From Malacoraja senta (lineage: Eukaryota): a stretch of 20,000 bases of DNA. The DNA is taken from contig CM075997.1 of NCBI GenBank assembly GCA_038087875.1, positions 9,167,849 to 9,187,848 on the forward strand. Reading direction: 5' to 3'. Positions 8,327 through 17,070 of the stretch are shown here, in pieces (position 1 is the first letter of the stretch; every line of letters begins with the position of its first letter). Position numbers and translations under genes: made by a program. The notes under the pieces are model-generated. The model had not been told where the DNA came from, searched no databases, and was given only the letters and a program-made list of their open reading frames with translations.

Positions 8327-11277
8327 AACGGTTGGGGGGAGGGACTCAAATAGAGAAAGCTAGTGGAAAATGTGGGAGGCAGAAGGCAGAGAAGGGAAGC
8401 ACTCGGACCCAAAATGTAGGGGAGAAAGAAGAAAAAGATAATGATCAGAGAATAAGTGGTGGTGGGTTTCTTAAATGTGTATATTTTAATGCTAGGAGCA
8501 TTGTAAGAAAGGTGGATGAGCTTAGAGCCTGGATTGACACCTGGAAGTATGATGTTGTGGCGATCAGTGAAACATGGTTGCAGGAGGGCTGTGATTGGAA
8601 ACTAAATATTCCAGGATTTCGTTGCTTCAGGGGTGATAGAATTGGAGGGGCAAGAGGTGGGGGTGTTGCATTGCTTGTCAAGGAAGATATTACAGCAGTG
8701 CTTTGGCAGGATAGATTAGAGGGCTCGTCTAGGGAGGCTATTTGGGTGGAACTGAGAAATGGGAAAGGTGTAGCAACACTTATAGGGGTGTATTATAGAC
8801 CGCCAAATGGGGAGCGAGAATTGGAAGAGCAAATATGTAAGGAGATAGCAGATATTAGTAGTAAGCACAAGGTAGTGATTGTGGGAGATTTCAATTTTCC
8901 AAACATAGACTGGGAAACACATTCTGTAAAAGGGCTGGATGGTTTGGAGTTTGTAAAATGTGTGCAAGATAGTTTTTTGCAGCAATACATAGAGGTACCT
9001 ACTAGAGAAGGGGCAGTGCTAGACCTCCTGTTAGGAAATGAGACAGGGCAGGTGGCGGAGGTATGCGTCGGGGAGCACTTCAGGTCCAGTGATCACAATA
9101 CCATTAGTTTCAATATAATTATGGTGAGGGTCAGAACTGGACCTAGGGTTGAGATTTTTGTTTGGAGAAAGGCTAACTTTGAGGAGATGCGAAAGGATTT
9201 AAAAGGAGTGAATTGGGACATGTTGTTTTATGGGAAGGATGTAGAAGAAAAATGGAGGACATTTAAGGGTGACATTTTAAGAGTACAGAATCTTTATGTC
9301 CCTGTTCGGTTGAAAGGAAATAGTAAAAAATGGAAAGAGCCATGGTTTTCAAGGGAAATTGGACACTTGGTTCGGAAAAAGAGAGAGATCTACAATAATT
9401 ATAGGCAGCATGGAGTAAATGAGGTGCTTGAGGAGTATAAAGAATGTAAAATGAATATTAAGAAAGAAATTAGAAAAGCTAAAAGAAGATATGAGGTTGC
9501 TTTGGCAAGTAAGGTGAAAGTAAATTCAAAGGGTTTCTACAGCTATATTAATAGCAAAAGGATAACAAGGAATAACATTGGTCCGTTAGAGAGTCAGAGT
9601 GGACAGCTATCTGCAGAGCCAAAAGAGATGGGGGAGATATTGAACAATTTCTTTTCTTCGGTATTCACGAAGGAGAAGGATATGGAATTATGTGAGGTAA
9701 GGGAAACAAGCAGAGTAGCAATGGAAACTGTGAGATTCAAAGAAGAGGAGGTGCGGACACTTTTGAAAAATATGAAAACGGATAAGTCTCCAGGTCCTGA
9801 CAGGATATTCCCTAGGACATTAAGGAAAGTTAGTGTAGAAATAGCAGGGGCTATGACAGAAATATTTCAAATGTCATTAGAAACGGGAATAGTGCTGGAG
9901 GATTGGCGTACTGCGCACGTTGTTCCGTTGTTTAAAAAGGGTTCGAAGAGTAAACCTAGCAATTATAGACCTGTTAGTTTGACATCAGTGGTGGGCAAAT
10001 TAATGGAAAGGATACTTAAAGATAATATATATAAGCATCTCGATAAGCAGGGTCTGATTAGGAACAGTCAACATGGATTTGTGCCTGGAAGGTCATGCTT
10101 GACTAATCTTCTTGAATTTTTCGAAGAGGTTACTAGGGAAATTGATGAGGGTAAAGCAGTGGATGTTGTCTATATGGACTTCAGTAAGGCCTTTGACAAG
10201 GTTCCTCATGGAAGGTTGGTTAAGAAGATTCAATTGTTGGGTATTAATGGTGGAGTAGCAAGATGGATTCAACAGTGGCTGAATGGGAGATGCCAGAGAG
10301 TAATGGTGGATGGCTGTTTGTCAGGTTGGAGGCCGGTGACTAGTGGGGTGCCTCAGGGGTCTGTGTTGGGTCCACTGTTGTTTGTCATGTACATCAATGA
10401 TCTGGATGAAGGTGTGGAAAATTGGATTAGTAAGTATGCAGATGATAGTAAGATAGGTGGTGTTGTGGATAATGAAGTAGATTTTCAAAGTCTACAGAGA
10501 GATTTAGGCCATTTGGAAGAGTGGGCTAAAAGATGGCAGATGGAGTTTAATGCTGACAAATGTGAGGTGCTACATCTCGGCAGGACAAATCAAAATAGGA
10601 CGTACACGGTAAATGGTAGCGAATTGAGGAATGCAGTTGAACAGAGGGATCTAGGAATAACTGTGCATAGTTCCCTGAAGGTGGAATCTCATGTAGATAG
10701 GGTGGTAAAGAAAGCTGTTGGTGTGCTGGCCTTTATAAATCAGAGCATTGAATATAGAAGTTGGGATGTAATGTTAAAATTGTACAAGGCATTGGTGAGG
10801 CCAATTCTGGAGTATGGAGTACAATTTTGGTCGCCTAATTATAGGAAGGATGTCAACAAAATAGAGAGAGTACAGAGGAGATTTACTAGAATGTTGCCTG
10901 GGTTTCAGCAACTAAGTTACAGAGAGAGGTTGAACAAGTTAGGTCTTTATTCTTTGGAGCGCAGAAGGTTAAGAGGGGACTTGATAGAGGTCTTTAAAAT
11001 TATGAGCGGGTTAGACAGAGTGGACGTGGATAAGCTTTTCCCATTGAGAGTAGGGAAGATTCAAACAAGGGGACATGACTTGAGAATTAAGGGACAGAAG
11101 TTTAGGGGGAACATTAGGGGGAACTTCTTTACTCAGAGAGTGGTAGCTGTGTGGAATGAGCTTCCAGTGGAAGTGGTGGAGGCAGGTTCGATGTTATCCT
11201 TTAAAAATAGATTGGATGGGTATATGGATGGGAAAGGAATGGAGGGTTATGGTCTGAGTGCAGGTAGATGGGACTAG
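8323..11277 (+). CDS. CR1 ORF2: APE endonuclease + reverse transcriptase; open frame with no AUG before the endonuclease
   Basis: FNARS, ISETW, GGGVA, YYRPP, GDFN, LDL, SDH (endonuclease); [33 protein letters not shown] at 10435-10446 (RT). The ORF-track start at 8332 is TTG; the start given here is the inferred frameshift junction. Confidence 0.96.
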   Translation, partial: LERLGGGTQIEKASGKCGRQKAEKGSTRTQNVGEKEEKDNDQRISGGGFLKCVYFNARSIVRKVDELRAWIDTWKYDVVAISETWLQEGCDWKLNIPGFRCFRGDRIGGARGGGVALLVKEDITAVLWQDRLEGSSREAIWVELRNGKGVATLIGVYYRPPNGERELEEQICKEIADISSKHKVVIVGDFNFPNIDWETHSVKGLDGLEFVKCVQDSFLQQYIEVPTREGAVLDLLLGNETGQVAEVCVGEHFRSSDHNTISFNIIMVRVRTGPRVEIFVWRKANFEEMRKDLKGVNWDMLFYGKDVEEKWRTFKGDILRVQNLYVPVRLKGNSKKWKEPWFSREIGHLVRKKREIYNNYRQHGVNEVLEEYKECKMNIKKEIRKAKRRYEVALASKVKVNSKGFYSYINSKRITRNNIGPLESQSGQLSAEPKEMGEILNNFFSSVFTKEKDMELCEVRETSRVAMETVRFKEEEVRTLLKNMKTDKSPGPDRIFPRTLRKVSVEIAGAMTEIFQMSLETGIVLEDWRTAHVVPLFKKGSKSKPSNYRPVSLTSVVGKLMERILKDNIYKHLDKQGLIRNSQHGFVPGRSCLTNLLEFFEEVTREIDEGKAVDVVYMDFSKAFDKVPHGRLVKKIQLLGINGGVARWIQQWLNGRCQRVMVDGCLSGWRPVTSGVPQGSVLGPLLFVMYINDLDEGVENWISKYADDSKIGGVVDNEVDFQSLQRDLGHLEEWAKRWQMEFNADKCEVLHLGRTNQNRTYTVNGSELRNAVEQRDLGITVHSSLKVESHVDRVVKKAVGVLAFINQSIEYRSWDVMLKLYKALVRPILEYGVQFWSPNYRKDVNKIERVQRRFTRMLPGFQQLSYRERLNKLGLYSLERRRLRGDLIEVFKIMSGLDRVDVDKLFPLRVGKIQTRGHDLRIKGQKFRGNIRGNFFTQRVVAVWNELPVEVVEAGSMLSFKNRLDGYMDGKGMEGYGLSAGRWD

Positions 11278-11442
11278 GGGGAAGTATTTATTTATGGTTA
11301 TATGGTTATATGGTTAAACAGCCAAGGGCACCTATTGGAGAGGAGCAGAGGATGGTTCCCAGGTATCCCAACCAATTACAACCCTCATCCCCACCACAGG
11401 AGAAGTCATCCTGGTGGCACAGAACTGTGTGTGGGATCTCGC

Positions 11443-12416
11443 TATAACCATATAACCATATAACCATATAACCATAACAGCACGGAAACAGGCCAACTCG
11501 GCCCTTCAAGTCCATGCCCAACATTTTTTTTTAAACTGCACTCAGACCATAACCCTCCATTCCTTTCCCGTCCATATACCCATCCAATCTATTTTTAAAG
11601 GATAACATCGAACCTGCCTCCACCACTAGCACTGGAAGCTCATTCCACACAGCTACCACTCTCTGAGTAAAGAAGTTCCCCCTAATGTTACCCCTAAACT
11701 TCTGTCCCTTAATTCTCAAGTCATGTCCCCTTGTTTGAATCTTCCCTACTCTCAATGGGAAAAGCTTATCCACGTCCACTCTGTCTAACCCGCTCATCAT
11801 TTTAAAGACCTCTATCAAGTCCCCTCTTAACCTTCTGCGCTCCAAAGAATAAAGACCTAACTTGTTCAACCTTTCTCTGTAACTTAGTTGCTGAAACCCA
11901 GGCAACATTCTAGTAAATCTCCTCTGTACTCTCTCTATTTTGTTGACATCCTTCCTATAATTAGGCGACCAAAATTGTACTCCATACTCCAGAATTGGCC
12001 TCACCAATGCCTTGTACAATTTTAACATTACATCCCAACTTCTATATTCAATGCTCTGATTTATAAAGGCCAGCACACCAAAAGCTTTCTTTACCACCCT
12101 ATCTACATGAGATTCCACCTTCTGGGAACTATGCACAGTTATTCCTAGATCCCTCTGTTCAACTGCATTCCTCAATTCGCTACCATTTACCATGTACGTC
12201 CTATTTTGATTTGTCCTGCCGAGAGGTAGCACCTCACATTTGTCAGCATTAAACTCCATCTGCCATCTTTCAGCCCACTCTTCCAAATGGCCTAAATCTC
12301 TCTGTAGACTTTGAAAATCTACTTCATTATCCACAACACCACCTATCTTAGTATCATCTGCAAACTTACTAATCCAATTTTCCACATCATTATCCAGATC
12401 ATTGATGTACATGACA
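11443..12416 (-). mobile_element. 5'-truncated CR1-A copy, tail-to-tail with the long copy
   Basis: Reverse complement of ~10382-11264 with few substitutions (FADD instead of YADD). TSD CGCTAT at 11440-11445 and 12437-12442; filler DNA at 12417-12436. Confidence 0.97.
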
Positions 12417-13002
12417 TGACATGTATATGACATCTGCGCTATGCACAGATATCATCCCGTCTAATCTGTTTTTTTTATAAATACACCAAATATTTGTTGT
12501 TGTTGTTTATTATGGGTTATATATACTATAATTACATACTATACTAAATACACAACATTTACATATGTTGTGCATCTTCAAGTAAGAATTTCATTGTACG
12601 CTTTCAGGACATACACCAATAAACCCTTGACCTTTGAACAGTGTAACACACACTTCCAATGGGTACTGAGCGACAAGTTGACATGATCACCATAAACATA
12701 GGAGTCGTCTCTGGTATTTATTCTCAATAATAAAGCCGCCCATCAACAGCAAGTCAGTTCCATAGGCAGCACATTCCAATCCCCTGCACAAATCCTGAGA
12801 TCAAGCATACTCACGCTTGCTGCGCCGTTGAAACCCCACGAGGTATTCCCAGGATTCAGCGTCAGACACAGACGCTTTGCTGTCTCCCATCAGAGTCCGA
12901 GTTGTATCTACTCAATGCACAGCGCTGAGCGACTATGGTTCTGCCCGGCACATCACTGATCCAAATCAATGGGATGTCCCAATGGGGGTGACAGGGGGTC
13001 TT

Positions 13003-13745
13003 TCAGTCTGGGCCCTTGGGCTCACAGTCACTTCCCTGGGTTGCCGCAGCTCCTGTGCAGCCTGGTCTGCTTATGCACGGCTCTCCCACGCACTGTCCCC
13101 CCGTTGCTGCCCCGTGGGGCGATGGATTGCAGGACCCTGTGACTCGGCTGAAGCCCCCGTCCAGCCGATCCCACAACTGGTCCAGGCCGATGGAGACACT
13201 GCAGACCAGACCCTGGAGGGCAGCCCGCTGAGCTTGGATCAGCGGTGCCAACGCAGGTGCCTCGGGCTCTGGAGCAGACGTGGTCCAAGCAGAGCTCACA
13301 CAACTGGGCACCTGCTGGGTCAGATCCTGCAGGCTAGACAGGGTCCGGAGCAGGAGGTGTGCCAGGGTGGGGGTGGACTCCGTGCCCCTGGACATGGCCA
13401 GGCAGCTGCTGGATAGGCTGTCCAAAGCCTCCAGTAGCTGGTGGTGCAGGTGGAAGACCCTGCGTCTGAAGGCTGGGCTGCCGAGCTCTCTGTCCTCGCC
13501 ATCCTCGCCCGCCCCAAATGCCAGCCCTCCACTCTGGCCACCCCCCTCTCGCTCTGTCCAGCCCACAGCCGGCGGCTCCTGCTCGTCCTCACCCAGCGAC
13601 TCGCTCCGTGTTAAGCCAATGGACAGTCCTGCGCTTTCGCCGCCAGCTCCTGGCACTGAATGCTGGACTGTGGTGGCTGCTGTACCTCCTGGGAGCTGCA
13701 TTTCCGCAGTTTCTCGTCCGGCATGACCCCAATCCTGGGATGAAC
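13003..13745 (-). CDS. Probable coding exon or pseudo-exon resembling the C-terminal region of Harbinger-derived Myb/SANT-like proteins
   Basis: GC-rich island; ~247 open codons; acceptor CTCACTGAC...TGTGTTCCAG|G (phase 1) at 13746/13745; amphipathic helical block AFRRRVFHLHHQLLEALDSLSSSCLAMSRGTES. The family assignment is from recall only. Confidence 0.5.
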
Positions 13746-14165
13746 CTGGAACACACAACAGAGGCTAGGGTCAGTGAGCAGTGGGAAGTGGATGCAGCAA
13801 CTGGGAGGAAAGTGGCAGATTCTTACTGTCCGATGATTGACTGGGTGAACTGTAGGATAAATGGCCTGGAAGGGATTGTATGTGTTCAAGAAAGATTCTT
13901 CATCAATATGTAAAGGGCCCAACTAGAGAGGGCACAGCAATGGCCTGCTCTTGGAGAGTGAGGTAGCACAAGTGAATGAGGTGGTAGCAGGCATTCATCA
14001 GGTTTAGGCTGTTGGGTTCAAACCAGTCAAGTATACGAATCGTGGTGGTACACTTGAGAGTGAAATCTGGAGGACAAATAGAGTGGACATAGATCTGGCA
14101 GGTGAAAGAACATTGCAGGAGATTCTACAGATAGATTAAGAGTAAAACAGTGGCTCAAGAGACAA

Positions 14166-14615
14166 GGTCAGCACAGTGGTGCAGAGCGGTGGGAAATTGC
14201 AACCTTCACTTGGTCCCCCCTGTTTGGACTAATACAATCAACCCGACGTGCACAAACAAATAGATCAAATAGAACAAGTTGCCCGACAACTTTAGGCTGG
14301 GCACGCCACACGCAAGAAGAAGTGGTGCAGAGGTAGTGTTGCTGCCTTGCAGTGCAAGAGACTCGTTCCATCCTGACTATGGGTGCTTGTACGTTCGTTC
14401 TCCTTGTGACCGCATGAGATTTCTCCAGGTGCTCCGGTTTCCTCCCACATTCCAAAGATGTGGAGATTTGTAGATTTATTGGTTCTATATATTGTCCTTG
14501 GTCTGTAGGATAGAACTAGTGTATGATGGTTGCTGGTCGGCAAGGACCCGGTGGGCTGTCAGCCCTGTTTCCATGCTGTATCTCTGAACTAAAAAATTGC
14601 TCTGAACTAAAAAAT
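14166..14615 (+). mobile_element. tRNA-derived V-domain SINE (HE1-like) with a CR1-type 3' end
   Basis: A-box-like AGTGGTGCAG..GGTAG, degenerate B-box GTTCCATCC, V-domain core GGTGCTCCGGTTTCCTCCCACATTCCAAAGA, 3' CCTGTTTCCATGCTGTATCTCT, and an 18-bp-period tail repeat (14582-14615). Confidence 0.8.
14187..14320 (+). mobile_element. 134-bp retroposon 3' fragment with a (GAA)n tail inserted in the SINE A-box
   Basis: Flanked by the direct repeat AGTGGTGCAGAG (14175-14186 and 14321-14332); ends CGCAAGAAGAAG. Confidence 0.75.
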
Positions 14616-14649
14616 CAGCATGGTTGACTATGTGTGGAGGCACAGATTT

Positions 14650-15100
14650 GTGATGAATATTTCGCATTTGTATTTACAGTGGAGATCATGGAATCTTTGA
14701 AGTTGAGACAAATAAATTCTGATGCCTTGGACCATATATGGATTATCAAAGAGGAGGTTAGGATTTTAAGATGAGCATTTTATTGGACATTTAGATGGAT
14801 ACATCCCCAGGGCCTTGTCATGTGCATCTCTGTAAGAAACTTGGGAGGAAATTGCAGAGGCCCTTGCAGAGCTATTTGTTTCATCTTCAAGCACAGGTAA
14901 TGTTGGGAAGACTGGAGGGTGACGAATGTTGCACCATTATTTAAGAAGGAGAGCAAGAAAAAGCCAGTGCACTGCAGGTTGGTGAGCCTGAAATCAGAGA
15001 AAGTGGGAGTGTATTGAGGGATATGGTCTCCCGGCATTTGGATAGACAAACCTGATAAAGGATAGTGACCATGAATTGATGCATAGGAAATTGGTCTCAT
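14650..15100 (+). mobile_element. Old CR1 ORF2 relic (endonuclease-RT linker to RT domain 1-2)
   Basis: GATACATCCCCAGGGCCT, GAAATTGCAGAGGCCCTTGCAGAG and GAAGACTGGAGGGTGACGAATGTTGCACCATTATTTAAGAAG (EDWRVTNVAPLFKK). Confidence 0.8.
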
Positions 15101-15343
15101 ATATCTATGATAATTGTAGACGTCTCGAAAAGAACATTGGGAACACAATAGTCGACATTATCCATATGCATCAGTTTCACATGGCAGGCTTGTCTGGAAG
15201 TTTAGGTCATAAGGCCAGTGTGCCTTGTATCAGTGGTAAGGAAACCATTGGAAATAATTCTTCGAGAGGATGTACTCCCATTTGGATGGCAATGGATTAA
15301 TTTGAGACAGACGGCACGGCTTTGTATGTGGCACGTTATATCT

Positions 15344-17070
15344 ACATAGAAACATAGAAACATAGAAAATAGGTGCAGGAGTAGGCCACTCGGCCCTTCG
15401 AGCCTGCACCGCCATTCAATATGATCATGGCTGATCATCCGACTCAGTATCCTGTACCTGCCTTCTCTCCATACCCCCTGATCCCTTTAGCCACAAGGGC
15501 CACATCTCCCTCTTAAATATAGCCAATGAACTGGCCTCAACTACCTTCTGTGGCAGAGAATTCCAGAGATTCACCACTCTCTGTGTGAAAAATGTTTTCC
15601 TCATCTCGGTCCTAAAAGACTTCCCCCTTATCCTTAAACTGTGACCCCTTGTCCTGGACTTCCCCAACATCGGGAACAATCTTCCTGCATCTAGCCTGTC
15701 CAACCCCTAAAGAATTTTGTAAGTTTCTATAAGATCCCCCCTCAATCTTCTAAATTCTAGCGAGTACAAGCCGAGTCTATTCAGCCTTTCTTCATATGAA
15801 AGTCCTGACATCCCAGGAATCAGTCTGGTGAACCTTCTCTGTACTCCCTCTATCGCAAGAATGTCTTTCCACAGATTTGGAGACCAAAACTGTACGCAAT
15901 ACTCCAGGTGTGGTCTCACCAAGACCCTGTACAACTGCAGTAGAACCTCCCTGCTCCTATACTCAAATCCTTTTGCTATGAATGCTAACATACCAGTCGC
16001 TTTCTTCACTGCCTGCTGCACCTGCTTGCCTACTTTCAATGACTGGTGTACCATGACACCCAGGTCTCGCTGCATCTCCCCTTTTCCTAATCGGCCACCA
16101 TTCAGATAATAGTCTACTTTCCTGTTTTTGCCACCAAAGTGGATAACCTCACATTTATCCACATTATACTGCATCTGCCATGTATTTGCCCACTCACCCA
16201 GCCTATCCAAGACAACTTGCATCCTCCTCACAGCTAACACTGCCCCCCCAGCTTCGTGTCATCCGCAAACTTGGAGATGTTGCATTCAATTCCCTCGTCC
16301 AAATCATTAATATATATTGTAAATAGCTGGGGTCCCAGCACTGAGCCTTGCGGTACCCAAACTAGCCTGCCATTCTGAAAATGACCCGTTTGCTCCTACT
16401 CTTTGCTTCCTGTTTGCCAGCCAGTTCTCTACCCACATCAATACTGAACCTCCAATACCGTGTGCTTTAAGTGTGTATACTAATCTCTTATGTGGGACCT
16501 TGTCGGAAGCCTTCCGAAAGTCCAGATATAACACATCCACTGGTTCTCCCTAATCCACTCTACTAGTTACATCCTCGACAAATTCTATAAGATTCGTCAG
16601 ATGATTTATCTTTCGTAAATCCATGCTGACTTTGTCTAATGATTTCACCACTTTCCAAATGTGCTGCTATCCGATCTTTAATAACTGACTCTAGCAGTTT
16701 CCCCACTACCGATGTTAGACTAGCTGGTCAGTAATTTCCCGTTTTCTCTATCCCTCCCTTTTTAAAAAGTGGGGTTACATTAGCTACCCTCCAATCCTCA
16801 GGAACTACTCCAGAATCTAAAGAGTATTGAAAAATGCATCAACTATTTCTGGGGCTACTTCCTTAAGTACTCTGGGATGCAGCCTATCTGGCCCTGGGGA
16901 TTTATCGGCCTTTAATCCATTCAATTTACCTATCCTGGATTTCACTCAGTTCCTCCATCTCATTTGACCCGCGGTCCCCTGCTATGAAGACAGAACCAAA
17001 GTAGTTATTCAATTGGTCTGCCATGTCCTTATTCCCCATGATCAATTCATCTGATTGCAAGGGACCTACA
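15344..17070 (-). mobile_element. Decayed 5'-truncated CR1-B LINE copy with a (TTTCTATG)n tail
   Basis: Fragmented RT ORFs (15425-15703, 15707-16240, 16307-16540), FADD codons near 16257-16270, CATAGAAA repeats at 15345-15368. Confidence 0.94.

Larger units (their letters stand above)
7412..11316 (+). mobile_element. Near-full-length young CR1-A LINE (5'UTR missing, 3'UTR hairpin deleted)
   Basis: ORF1 + ORF2 + TATATGGT tail. Candidate target-site duplication TTAAAC at 7406-7411 and 11314-11319. Confidence 0.97.

Noticed and set aside
7582..8990. Several short minus-strand ORFs
   Set aside because: Antisense shadows of CR1 ORF1 and ORF2.
11306..11524. 72-aa minus ORF, and an open frame across the reconstructed pre-insertion site
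   Set aside because: Chimeric between CR1 tail and spacer; no recognisable homology or convincing splice sites.
12490..12640. Possible 3' end of another LINE (GTAAGAATTTCATTG...AATAAA...CTTGA)
   Set aside because: Short and AT-rich; the family cannot be supported without a search.
12877..13913. Plus-strand ORFs 12877-13416, 13280-13726 and 13518-13913
   Set aside because: Antisense shadows of the GC-rich minus-strand exon; no motifs or splice support.
13820..14160. Possible very old CR1 relic
   Set aside because: Similarity is too faint to delimit by eye.
14166..14395. tRNA gene
   Set aside because: Only degenerate A/B boxes, no cloverleaf, and it continues into a SINE body.
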